Notes: generated by a model from the letters alone, not told the origin. Positions 9,658-19,473 are shown, numbered from the stretch's first letter. The stretch: DNA of 64,000 bases from Candidatus Riflebacteria bacterium HGW-Riflebacteria-1 (GCA_002839445.1 PGYB01000011.1:13817-77816), one strand, 5' to 3'. A program made the numbers and translations.

Positions 9658-12612
9658 ATGCATGATGATATCAAACTGCGAACAGCGGTTGGATTGGCAT
9701 TTTTTCTGCTGATACTGCTGCCGATGCTTTTTATTACCGCCAGTTTTCGGCAGGCGAACGAAGAAAGCCTGGCACAGCAGCTGCAACTGGCCGAAAACCA
9801 ACTCAAACTCGAAGCGCAGTCATTTCAAAGCGATCTGATCACCAGGCAACGTATTGAGAAGATTATTAAACAGGCTGAGCGTGACACTGGCATTGCCGGA
9901 GCTGCTGCTGAAAAACCGCGATTTGTTAAAGGCGTTGACCCACAGGTTTTTAATTCCCGCACGGTGCCAGATCTGTTGGCAAACTATCGAAAGCTTGCCG
10001 ATGTTGAACCGCTGTTCATAGTTGCTTATGGCGCGGATGTCTGGAATATCTGGAGCTGGTATTCTGCCGATGCCGCGGCTATTTCACAGCCAGATCGCAA
10101 CCGTGTCGACTGGCTGATCAGCGCTATTACCTCTAAACAAGCCGATTTTAAAAGAGTCGACGACAGCAATGCAAATGCAAAAGCCAATTATAAACTGCTG
10201 TGCCGCAAGGCGGCCGGTGATGAGCAAGATTTAACCAAGGCTTATTATCGTCTCATGCGTCGCCATTTTTCCGATATAGTTTTTCCGTTGCCGCATCAGG
10301 GAACCTGTTATGAAATCGCTACCCGAAAAATGGGCTGCAACAGGCTCGTTTCTTATTATCGCACTGTGACCGAAGGAAACAAAATCTATGGAGGTTACCA
10401 TGTAACCTTTACGACCCGGCAGTTTCCACCTCAGAAACTGCTGGCTGATGCGCTAAAAACTGAATCAGCCGGTTTTGCCCGCCACTATCTGAATAACCCG
10501 CCAGATAAGCCCGGGCATGTTGTCGCCACAAAGCATTGGCTGCAACTCGAAACAGATGTTCCAGCTGAGCTGATCGGTTACAACTCACTGTTTGCCCGGC
10601 CCGCAGCATTGCCGGCCGGTTTAAGGGTTGATTCTGACGTGTCAGGCCTGTATCTTGCCGCTGCTTCTTTCAACCGTCTTCTGAACCTGGTGCAGCAGAG
10701 CATCATGCTTGTAAGCTTTGCGGCCATCTGCTTTTTTATATTGTTTGGTTTTCCGGCATTTCTGCGCTTACGCAGGAGAATGCTGCTCGCTGTCGGTCTT
10801 GCGGTTCTGACTCCGTACATTGTTCTCGGACCAGTTGCTATGCGGCTGCTGAATCGTATTGAGAGCCTGGGGCGTTTCGAGTTGCGCGCAGAGAGCAGCA
10901 GTCTCATGTTCAGGTTGCAAAGTTATCATGATGACCAGAGACAGCAGTATCTGCTGCAGGCATTGAAATACAAAGAGCGTCTGGCTGAAATTGTCGATTT
11001 ACCTGCCAGAGAAATATATGAACTTCATGCGCACAATGTCGTGCCGGCCAGCACTCCTGCTGTTCTCTATTTTTTTCGTAATGACGGTGTTGGCAGGTCA
11101 TTCAGGGCTGCAACACCCGAAGTTAAGTCTATTCAAAGGGTTGAATGGCTTTTTTCGGTGAAGCATCTCGACAACCTCGGAGTGCTTGACCGGACTGCCC
11201 CGGATATCAGTAAAAAATTGAAAGTAACGACTTTTGCTGATGGCATCATTGATACTGTCCGCCAGGAATACTTTGACCATAAGGCTTTGCAGTATGAAGC
11301 CAACGAAACTTACGATCTCGGTAAAATTAATGAATTTTCAAGAATGATCTGGTTTCTTGTTCCTGGCGGTAATAACGGCGCCGGCTCTGTGCGGGCCATG
11401 GCTTCCACCAATATCAGCAATCTCCGCTACCTGATCTACAATCCGAATGAATTCGACCGCAGGATTTTCAGCAACTCTTCTGCGCGAATGCAGCATGAGT
11501 TTATCATGGGGCGAAGAGGTCATGACGACCAGATACTGCAGTGGTGGCCAGCTCAGATCAGCCCTGTCGCCGAGTTAAAAGGTCTGCTTGACGAAGCATC
11601 ACGCAAGCGTGCTTCTATGGAACAGCTGAACGGTTCAGACGGTCGCTATCGCCTGGTTAGACAAAGCTTTAACGAGAAGGCCGCTACAGTTTATGCGGGC
11701 ATTTCTACCAGCTCGCCAGATCTGGTGCTGGGACTGGTGAGTAGAGCGTTTCCCTTGCTGGTGCTGATATTTTCGCTGCTCTCGCTGATGCTTTTTGCTG
11801 ATGTCCTCGCAGCTCTTTTTATCAACCCGGTAAAAGGAATCAGCCATGGTGCTGCCGCGATTGAAGCTGGTGATTATTCACAGCATATTGAAATCGAAAA
11901 TACCGACGAGTTTTCGTTGCTGGTTACGTCTTTTAATCAGATGACCAGCGGGCTGGCGCAGCGCGAGAAAATGCGCCGTTTCGTTTCCGATAATCTCTAC
12001 GTTCGACTTGGGACTCAGGTTGGGCTGAACGAACTACGTTCGGCGCAGATGTCGCGCGTTACCATGCTTGCTGCCGATATCCGCGGCTTTACCACTCTCA
12101 GCGAAAAGCACGATCCGCAGCAGATTGTCAGCCTGCTTAACGACTATTTTACGGCCATGGAAGCTGCGATAAATGCTTATGGCGGCGTAATTGAAAGGTT
12201 TGTCGGTGACGCGGTCATGGCAGTTTTTTACCGTGCGGGCGAAACTTCTGGCGAAGTTCAGGCCGCGCTGGCAGCTCTTGCGATGCGGCAGAAGCTTGCG
12301 CTCTTGAATGACGAGAGAGCAGGTCGCGGTCTATTTATAATCGAAAACGGCATCGGTATTGCATCCGGCGAAGCCGCTTCCGGGCTGGTTGGCAGCGAAA
12401 GTGGCCGCATGGTGTTTACAGTGCTTGGCAAGGTAACTAAACTTGCCGAACTGCTGGAAAGTCAGACAAAACATGTTGATTCAAGAGTATTGCTCTGCGC
12501 CGAAACCGCAAGGGCTCTCGGCGAAAGATTTGTGGTGCAATACTCTGAAAAAGTCACTGTCTGTCAGGCTTATGAACTGGTTGGAGCAAAGCCGGAGGCT
12601 GAACATGGCTGA
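9658..12612 (+). CDS. Membrane HAMP/class III nucleotidyl cyclase, A-type (C1-like) subunit 1
   Basis: 4 hydrophobic segments, HAMP (DEFSLLVTSFNQM), ADIRGFT, ERFVGDAV; lacks the N/R transition-state motif. Confidence 0.9.
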   Translation: MHDDIKLRTAVGLAFFLLILLPMLFITASFRQANEESLAQQLQLAENQLKLEAQSFQSDLITRQRIEKIIKQAERDTGIAGAAAEKPRFVKGVDPQVFNSRTVPDLLANYRKLADVEPLFIVAYGADVWNIWSWYSADAAAISQPDRNRVDWLISAITSKQADFKRVDDSNANAKANYKLLCRKAAGDEQDLTKAYYRLMRRHFSDIVFPLPHQGTCYEIATRKMGCNRLVSYYRTVTEGNKIYGGYHVTFTTRQFPPQKLLADALKTESAGFARHYLNNPPDKPGHVVATKHWLQLETDVPAELIGYNSLFARPAALPAGLRVDSDVSGLYLAAASFNRLLNLVQQSIMLVSFAAICFFILFGFPAFLRLRRRMLLAVGLAVLTPYIVLGPVAMRLLNRIESLGRFELRAESSSLMFRLQSYHDDQRQQYLLQALKYKERLAEIVDLPAREIYELHAHNVVPASTPAVLYFFRNDGVGRSFRAATPEVKSIQRVEWLFSVKHLDNLGVLDRTAPDISKKLKVTTFADGIIDTVRQEYFDHKALQYEANETYDLGKINEFSRMIWFLVPGGNNGAGSVRAMASTNISNLRYLIYNPNEFDRRIFSNSSARMQHEFIMGRRGHDDQILQWWPAQISPVAELKGLLDEASRKRASMEQLNGSDGRYRLVRQSFNEKAATVYAGISTSSPDLVLGLVSRAFPLLVLIFSLLSLMLFADVLAALFINPVKGISHGAAAIEAGDYSQHIEIENTDEFSLLVTSFNQMTSGLAQREKMRRFVSDNLYVRLGTQVGLNELRSAQMSRVTMLAADIRGFTTLSEKHDPQQIVSLLNDYFTAMEAAINAYGGVIERFVGDAVMAVFYRAGETSGEVQAALAALAMRQKLALLNDERAGRGLFIIENGIGIASGEAASGLVGSESGRMVFTVLGKVTKLAELLESQTKHVDSRVLLCAETARALGERFVVQYSEKVTVCQAYELVGAKPEAEHG

Positions 12613-15493
12613 AAACAAGATACATATCAGTCGCCGCCTCTCGGCAGCAACTCTGGCACTTGCCTGGTTCACGGTGTTTGCCGTGCCGGTTCTGCTGCTG
12701 CAGTTCAGTCTTGATTATCTCTTTAAACTGACACTGCAGGCTAATCAGCAGGCGGCTGCTGCAACGCTGATTGGTGAAATGAGCAGCTTCAAACATGATC
12801 TGGAGACTGAAGCTTTTGTCGAGCGCAAGCTTAAAGCTTTTTTCGGCGGTCAGAATCAACCAGAAAACAACGCGAAAGTAATGCTGCAGAAGCTCAACTC
12901 AACAAGCGGGCTGAGAGTTGCCGGAGTCGTTACCTGTGCCGCCGATACCATGGCAGTCGATTTTGAACTGGACCAGAGCTTGCAGCAACAGATGCCGACT
13001 TTGCCGCGAACCATGATGCAGCGATATCTGTCAGCTGTGAACTATCAGCAGCAGAATGATTTCTACCGCTCTTCTACTACGGCAACCGGCACTGGCAAGC
13101 TGTTTGCTGACTATGACAAGGCCCGCAAAGATGCTGACAGCTTTTTCAGGCGCCAGTTTGGGTTGATCGCCGAGATTCCTTTGCAGCCAGACAAGGTTTG
13201 TCGCACTGTGTCGGCAAAGCTTGCGGGCAGCGCCTTTTTTTACTATCACACTTTCACCAGCAGCGCTGGCGACAAAAATCGAATGAACGGGGGATGTCTG
13301 CTGATTTTGCGGGGGTGTGATCTGAATCAGCGCCAGATCTGGCAGGAAACGGCCAGCATAGCAAACTCTGGTGTCAAACGAAGTTATAGCCGGCTGGCAA
13401 TACCGCTAGCCGGCAAAAGCAACCTTACCCGCGAGATAATCACACGATTCATCTCTGATGAAACAGGTTTTCATCTCGTGTCAGCGCCGCCGGATCATAC
13501 TCTGGTTGACTTGATACAGCGCGGCACTTTTACATTGCAGCAACTTAACCCGGTTCTCAAGGCATTGCCGCTGCTGCAAGTTTCTGTGCCGGCGCGTGAT
13601 CTGCATCACCCTCTTGCCGGTTGGGCCAGGTCAATAAACATGTCTGCACGGCTTTTTGCTATGCTTGGTGCAGTATTTCTGCTGTATCTGTTTTTTTACG
13701 GAATAGACCTCAGACTTGGCATAAGAGGCAAAGTACTGCTCGGGGCCTGGACTATGCTGTTGCTGCCGATAGTGCTGCTGCTCGCCGGCTTTGTTACCTG
13801 GAGTCAGTTTAACCGGATCTATGGCTGGTATCAGGCCGAAGAACTGCAACAGCAGTATTTTAACGAGCTTTATGATGGATTTGGCAGCTACCTTACCCTG
13901 CTGCAGAAGCATAGTATTGCTGTTGCCGCCGAAGTTGACAAGGCACGTAAAAACGACGAAACAGCAATCCCGAGAATCTTGCAAACCGGCCTGGCCAGCT
14001 CCTGTGCTTCAGATATTTATCTCGACCGGTCAGCCGGGCTTAGTCTGCATTTTAAGTCACAAAACTATCACTGGCCAGGCTCGCAGAAAGAAGAATCCGC
14101 GCGGCGGCTGGTTTATGACACAATCCTCAATTCTTTTGACCGCCAGGGCAATTTTGTTGAAACGCTTTCGGACGGTAAAAATCCCGGTGTCACCTCGGTT
14201 GATGCCGCTCTGGTGAATAACCTGATCAACAGCTGGGCAAAGCCGTTCAATATGCTGCGCATCAACACAAACAACCGCTTTTCGACGGCTTTTGTCTACA
14301 ATGATGATAAATACAGCCCTTACGCTCTATTGTCGTTCAAGTATTCTGATATAACCTTGATGCGCGAATTTATCGGCCGGCATTTCAGGCCTTCACCCAG
14401 ATTTTCTGGTATTTCGGCAAAGTTTTTTATTGCAGAAAATAATGGAACTGGTTATCAACTCGTCGATCTTGCCGATGGCCAGCCCCTGCAGAACCAGTCG
14501 TTACTGGAAAAAATCAGCATTGCTGAAGACGTGGAAAACTTTGTCTGGCGCGAACGCAATCAGAATCTTATGCAGACGCGCTGGTTCAACGACTATCCAC
14601 TGGTTATAATGGTTGCCGGCGAAGTTTTTGCCGACGAATCTTCAGTACATCTGGTGCCGGCCATGTTGATTGGCTACGGACTGTTGTTGATACTTTTCAT
14701 TTATCTTTTTTTTGAGTTGATCTATCTGCGCCCGATTCGCGAATTTATCAGAGTAACTGCCGAGGTCGGCGCCGGCAACTATGCCGAGCAGGTGCGCCTG
14801 CAGGCCAATGATGAATTCGGTGATCTGCAGAAGGTATTTGCCGGTATGATTCAAGGGCTTGAACAGCGCCGCAAGCTTACTCACTTTGTTTCGCAGGATG
14901 TTCGGACTGCTGTCGAAAGTGGTGATGATGCCATGACTCCTGGCGGCGTAAGGGTAGCGGCAACTGTGGTCTTCATTCAACTGCAGTCTGTCGAAAGTTT
15001 TGAAAATTGCAGCGCTGACAGAAAGTTCGCGCTGCTCAGTCACTTTATTTCGACAGGTGATCGCATTGTTGATTGCTTTGGTGGCGTAATTGACAAGGTA
15101 GTTGAAGATACTCTGATGCTGGTATTTCGTGAAAATTCGTCATGCGATAGTCACTGTTTGCGCGCCTGCCGCGCCGTTCTGGAGATCGCTGCCGACTTGC
15201 AGGGTGACGGGATGAATATCAGAGCAGGAATAGCCAGTGGCAATGTTGTTTTGGGCCGGATAGGTTCGCGACTTGGCAAGCTGGATTACACTGTTATCGG
15301 TGACACGGTTAATCTGGCAGCACGCTTGAAAGCTTTGCCCGCCAAAGCCGTTGTAACTGGCATCATAATCGCCCCTTCCACAATCAGAATCCTCAGGGGC
15401 AAGGCCCGCGTCGGCTTTCTCGAACGCACCGAAATCAAGGGTAAAAGCCGCAAGTATCCGCTATATGAACTTTTAGAGCTTCGTCATGGATGA
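12605..15493 (+). CDS. Membrane HAMP/class III cyclase, B-type (C2-like) subunit 1
   Basis: ATG overlaps the upstream stop (ATGGCTGA) and has a GGAGG SD; HAMP, DKVVED, DYTVIGDTVNLAARL, KGK. Confidence 0.9.
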   Translation: MAENKIHISRRLSAATLALAWFTVFAVPVLLLQFSLDYLFKLTLQANQQAAAATLIGEMSSFKHDLETEAFVERKLKAFFGGQNQPENNAKVMLQKLNSTSGLRVAGVVTCAADTMAVDFELDQSLQQQMPTLPRTMMQRYLSAVNYQQQNDFYRSSTTATGTGKLFADYDKARKDADSFFRRQFGLIAEIPLQPDKVCRTVSAKLAGSAFFYYHTFTSSAGDKNRMNGGCLLILRGCDLNQRQIWQETASIANSGVKRSYSRLAIPLAGKSNLTREIITRFISDETGFHLVSAPPDHTLVDLIQRGTFTLQQLNPVLKALPLLQVSVPARDLHHPLAGWARSINMSARLFAMLGAVFLLYLFFYGIDLRLGIRGKVLLGAWTMLLLPIVLLLAGFVTWSQFNRIYGWYQAEELQQQYFNELYDGFGSYLTLLQKHSIAVAAEVDKARKNDETAIPRILQTGLASSCASDIYLDRSAGLSLHFKSQNYHWPGSQKEESARRLVYDTILNSFDRQGNFVETLSDGKNPGVTSVDAALVNNLINSWAKPFNMLRINTNNRFSTAFVYNDDKYSPYALLSFKYSDITLMREFIGRHFRPSPRFSGISAKFFIAENNGTGYQLVDLADGQPLQNQSLLEKISIAEDVENFVWRERNQNLMQTRWFNDYPLVIMVAGEVFADESSVHLVPAMLIGYGLLLILFIYLFFELIYLRPIREFIRVTAEVGAGNYAEQVRLQANDEFGDLQKVFAGMIQGLEQRRKLTHFVSQDVRTAVESGDDAMTPGGVRVAATVVFIQLQSVESFENCSADRKFALLSHFISTGDRIVDCFGGVIDKVVEDTLMLVFRENSSCDSHCLRACRAVLEIAADLQGDGMNIRAGIASGNVVLGRIGSRLGKLDYTVIGDTVNLAARLKALPAKAVVTGIIIAPSTIRILRGKARVGFLERTEIKGKSRKYPLYELLELRHG

Positions 15494-15544
15494 TATTTCT
15501 GGTGGCGAGCTACAGCCTTTTACAACGATTGTCCGGGTTTCTGC

Positions 15545-16771
15545 TCAGTATTTTCTGGCTGCGGGCGTTTTTTGTGATCTGAGAAGTTCTGCTGCTATAC
15601 TTGCCACCGCCAGATCTGCGCTGTCAGTTGCATTGACCATAGAATCAAGATCACTGTTGAGCGAACTCTTATCAAATTCTTTCTGGTAAAATTCTTTTGC
15701 TTCTTTCAGGTTTCCGGCTCGAACGTTTATCAGAACCAGCAGCGGATAAATCAGAGTGGCATGATTGGGGCTGTCCTTGCAAAACTTAAGCGCATCAGCA
15801 ATAATCTCTTCGTTTTTTCCCATTTCATAATCAGTAAATAGTTTGAAATACCTGATAAACAGGTTTTCTGGATTAAGCCGGTGAGCAATTTCCAGCTTTG
15901 CGGCAGCTGAAGCGTAGTTTGCAAGTCTGAAATTCGCATGCCCGTTGATTGCATAGCCGCCATAGAACTCTGGAAGCTGTTTTTCGAGAATTTCTACTTC
16001 AGCTATGACCTTGCTCAGATCCTTTCCTTTTGAGTAAAGACTTTCGAACCTGGGTAAGTTATACTCAGGCAGGGTTTTAAGATACATGGATTCAGCAAAA
16101 ACCAGAATTGAAGCCAGAAGAATGCTGTAGCTGAACAACCTGGAAACACTTGTTTTCAGCCAACCGGCTCTTCGGATAATGATCATTGCCGTGAACAGCA
16201 ATCCTCCGATAAAACCGCCCAGATGCCCGGCGTGGGAAACGGGATTACCCATTCCCAGAATTTCGTTTCTCTCAAATCCTTTCCAGAATTGGGGATCGCT
16301 GATATAAATCAAGATTGATACTTCTAACAACTTTCTGATTCTGGTGCGAAATGTTATTTCTTTCTCAAACATGGAGAAAACAAAGTATGCGGCGAAAACT
16401 CCGAACATGATCCCTGAAGAGCCGACCATTACTAATAAAGGCTCAAACCATAATCCTGCAATACCGCAGGTATACATACTGAATATAAGGATTCCGGAAT
16501 ATTCCAGCGGTTCAAGCTTCTTTTCCAGTTCTTTTCCGATCAGGAAAAGGAAAAGCAGGTTAAGCAACAGATGAGAAAGATGCAGATGCAAAAGATTGTG
16601 GGTGAAAAATCGCCAGATATCGCCTGAAAGAAACTTCGGGGCATAGGCTGCTCCAAAATTCATGAGCAACGAAAACGTTATCGGTTCAGTGCTTTGCCCG
16701 GCTACCCAGAAATATGTTGCAGCACAGATCAGGCAGAATAGCATTGTCTGTAGAGGCTTTCTTTCGATCAC
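15545..16771 (-). CDS. Rhomboid intramembrane serine protease with C-terminal TPR-like region
   Basis: WRFFT, HLLLN, VGSSG (catalytic Ser), HAGHLGG (catalytic His); helical C-terminus. Confidence 0.88.
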   Translation of the reverse strand: MIERKPLQTMLFCLICAATYFWVAGQSTEPITFSLLMNFGAAYAPKFLSGDIWRFFTHNLLHLHLSHLLLNLLFLFLIGKELEKKLEPLEYSGILIFSMYTCGIAGLWFEPLLVMVGSSGIMFGVFAAYFVFSMFEKEITFRTRIRKLLEVSILIYISDPQFWKGFERNEILGMGNPVSHAGHLGGFIGGLLFTAMIIIRRAGWLKTSVSRLFSYSILLASILVFAESMYLKTLPEYNLPRFESLYSKGKDLSKVIAEVEILEKQLPEFYGGYAINGHANFRLANYASAAAKLEIAHRLNPENLFIRYFKLFTDYEMGKNEEIIADALKFCKDSPNHATLIYPLLVLINVRAGNLKEAKEFYQKEFDKSSLNSDLDSMVNATDSADLAVASIAAELLRSQKTPAARKY

Positions 16772-17048
16772 AAATTTGCTCCCGTGTCATAATAAATACA
16801 ATCCTTACATACGTGGTCGCAACAAAAAAGTCACAAAAATTCATTGACGGCGGTTGATCGCTAAGGCATGGCAACCTCGAAGAGAACCTGCGTAATCTCA
16901 ACCTGTGCCCGCGTGACAGCTAGTTGTGTAATCCGCGGTTTCTTCTCTTTTGACCGAGAATTGCTGTAATTGTCGCTGTCGAATCGTTAAGTGCGATTAG
17001 CTGTGTTATACTGAGTGAAAATTACTGTGTTTCTTCTTAGGAGAACAG

Positions 17049-18176
17049 ATGGAGCTGTTTAATTCTCCGGAATTTGCCGGGTTGGTGGCTTTTGTTTTTA
17101 TCGTGCTGGTAGCCTGGGCCAATCGCTGCTCAAAGTGCGGAAAGCTTTTTACCTGCAAGATCAGAAGCCGCACGCAAACCTCAGAAGGCTACACGCACTC
17201 ATGGGAAGTCGACGAGAAATCGCAACGCGGCAAAAGCGTTCGTCGTTATACTTACCAGTACAACGAAACCTGGGCTTGCAGCAAATGTGGGCATGAATAC
17301 AGCACTTCCTGTTCGAGCTCTTACAGTCTGCCGTGTGGCTACTTTTCCCCAGAAGACCCTGCTAATGCCCAAAATAAAGGTCGCGGCTGCCTTAACCCTC
17401 TCACCTGGCTGAACTGGCTCAATCCTGTGGCCTGGTGGCGCTCGATTCCAGGTAAAAGGTATCTGCCGCTGCTGCCTGTCATCTTTTTTATCGGAATGGT
17501 CGTTTTTGATACCGAAGTCCTGAAGTATCCGACGCATTGGCAGGATTATCTCGAAGATTATGTTGAATTTCTGCTTGAGCCTCTGTCGCCGCGTGCCAAC
17601 AGGCGTACACAGCTCGAAATGGTCGAGGGGCGCTGGCAGACACAGCGCCGCATTCAGGAGTTCAAGCCGGTTGAATACGAAACCTGGGAAGACAGACTTC
17701 CCGAGAATGCAAGGGTTATTGAAAAGACAACAAGGCAACGTCCCCCTCAGTCGTATTATTACACCTATACAACAGCAACAGAACCCGCTACCTGGGTCAG
17801 GTATTCGATAGATTTATGGGTCACCATCGGTACGCTTACCGCCTCCGGCACAGGGTTACCGATTGCTTATCCTGATGATCCGGTCGCGCCCTCGCCCTCG
17901 CCTGGTGAAGCGGTTTACGGTGCCCGCCGCTCAGAGACGCCTACGGTTACCTATTCTCTGGTATTCAGAGACGCTGAGTCTGAAAGGGTCTATTGGGTAG
18001 AAACAATCGGTTTTATCCGCAAGGAAGACAGGTATTTTGCCTGGCAGCGCGAGATAAGTGAGACTGCTTATCGTACACTGATTGCGAGTTCGCAACCATT
18101 GCCAGCTCGGGTTTACGCTCGAAGTTATAATGAGTCACCAAATATTTACATCTATGTTGACGACGTACCTTATTGA
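17049..18176 (+). CDS. Hypothetical membrane protein with Zn-ribbon-like CxxC pairs
   Basis: AGGAG SD; N-terminal TM, CSKCG twice, second TM near aa 140. Confidence 0.7.
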   Translation: MELFNSPEFAGLVAFVFIVLVAWANRCSKCGKLFTCKIRSRTQTSEGYTHSWEVDEKSQRGKSVRRYTYQYNETWACSKCGHEYSTSCSSSYSLPCGYFSPEDPANAQNKGRGCLNPLTWLNWLNPVAWWRSIPGKRYLPLLPVIFFIGMVVFDTEVLKYPTHWQDYLEDYVEFLLEPLSPRANRRTQLEMVEGRWQTQRRIQEFKPVEYETWEDRLPENARVIEKTTRQRPPQSYYYTYTTATEPATWVRYSIDLWVTIGTLTASGTGLPIAYPDDPVAPSPSPGEAVYGARRSETPTVTYSLVFRDAESERVYWVETIGFIRKEDRYFAWQREISETAYRTLIASSQPLPARVYARSYNESPNIYIYVDDVPY

Positions 18177-18216
18177 GCGGTTGGTGTGCGCCTTTGTTTA
18201 TCAGTGTTTGACAATG

Positions 18217-18277
18217 AAAAAAAATATTTTTAAAAAATGTTTGACTTTAGTAAGCGCTTTGCGGTAAACTGTAATTG
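18217..18277 (+). promoter_or_regulatory. Sigma70-type promoter with UP element
   Basis: A/T tracts at 18217-18238, TTGACT 18241-18246, 18-bp spacer, TAAACT 18265-18270, predicted +1 G at 18277. Confidence 0.75.
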
Positions 18278-19340
18278 TTGAACGAACAGATCATTGACAA
18301 TAGAATCGGTGGCCGCAAGGCTGATACTTCTGAGCTCCGGCAGGTTTCAGGCAGTTATCTCAAGAAGGGTGCTGATGTCTGGTAACAGGTGTTAAGGCCC
18401 CGAAGGGAATAAATAACCTCGGGTAACGTGAAACTGAAGAAGAAGTATGAGTTGAAAGGCGAAAATTCCATGGGGGGAGGGCTCCGCATCGTCGGAGAAA
18501 CCAACTACGGCAGCAGAAAAACTCTAAGAGGGTATCAAACCCTGAAAGAGGAAGGATTTATCCAGGGCTGTTGTAGCCAGATACCCCGAAGGACAAAAGG
18601 TCATGAGAGTTGTAATCGCGATGTCTGGGTGAAACTTGACAGCGTAGGAGACGCTCTGAACCGGGAGCAAAGCTTCAAGGTTTGACTGAATCTCAAGATG
18701 GAAACCGGCTGCTTGCAGCAGGGGGCCAGTTAGAACCAGGGTCGAGCGAACGTAAGTTCGGCGGCCAGGCAGTGGGAACTGCCAGTGATTTCTGGAAGAA
18801 AACCGTGTAGAGACAGTAACAACGAAGGAGCATGATAGCTGGAAACAGTTATCGATCGGCTCAGGGTAAGACTCTGTAGATCAGGACCCTGCAAGTGCCA
18901 GTGGGATGGAATAAGCCCACAAGCTACCAAGGACGCAAGTTCTGCTGAGAGGTTGAGAAAACCTGGGAGCGGAATGCGACAGGGCCGGAATCCTGTCTGT
19001 CACGTCCCGGTGGTGAAGGCGCTAAGAGGGAAAGAACCTAAGAAGGCGTTGGTGTTATCCAACCAATGAAAGTGTGTGTGTAGAACCTTGAAGTCGGCAG
19101 AAGTCTAGAAGAGGATGGAAAGATCTGGTTAACTCCAAATCTGGTGATTGTATCGACGGCCTCGAAGGCGATGAACGTCTGAGGCTTGGCGTAACCAATG
19201 TGCGTCATAGTGCAATTGCGTTAAAACTCTAGAAGGCATGTAACGACACGAAGGGGTGACCGGAAGCGGTGACGCGACTGGCCAAGCACCCACTGATAGG
19301 TCTTCAGGAAGGGAAACCGATTCTAATCTGTTAGTTCAAT
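18277..19340 (+). ncRNA. Putative large structured non-coding RNA (~1,064 nt), family unassigned
   Basis: No credible ORF; bounded by a promoter and a terminator; 5' and 3' ends pair over ~25 bp; many GNRA-capped hairpins with G-U pairs. Confidence 0.8.
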
Positions 19341-19343
19341 AAA

Positions 19344-19370
19344 GAACCCCCGGTCAAACGGGGGTTTTTT
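19344..19370 (+). terminator. Intrinsic terminator
   Basis: AACCCCCG-GTCAAA-CGGGGGTT followed by TTTT. Confidence 0.88.
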
Positions 19371-19380
19371 CTATTTCACA

Positions 19381-19438
19381 AAACTTTGATTTTTAAATTA
19401 CCAGGATTGAAACTTTGATTTCTAAATTACCATGATTT
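19381..19438. repeat. 29-bp tandem duplication
   Basis: AAACTTTGATTTTTAAATTACCAGGATTG / AAACTTTGATTTCTAAATTACCATGATTT. Confidence 0.85.
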
Positions 19439-19445
19439 TTTCTGC

Positions 19446-19473
19446 GCAGGGGTTCAACATGTTGAACCCCTAC
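19446..19473. repeat. REP-like perfect palindrome
   Basis: AGGGGTTCAACATGTTGAACCCCT (19448-19471), ending in CTAC (GTAG on the - strand). Confidence 0.8.

Noticed and set aside
12443..12604. Longer N-termini of the B cyclases (ORF starts 12443 and 30493)
   Set aside because: Paralog alignment, SD sites and the conserved 8-bp overlap favour 12605 and 30658
18428..18930. Short ORFs (85 aa +, 66 aa -) inside the RNA region
   Set aside because: No SD, no recognisable domains, and they cut across evident RNA helices
18277..19340. rRNA, RNase P RNA, tmRNA or canonical group I/II intron
   Set aside because: No universal 16S/23S motifs, no exact GAGGAAAGUCC, no tRNA-like ends, no D5-D6 at the 3' end, no interrupted gene
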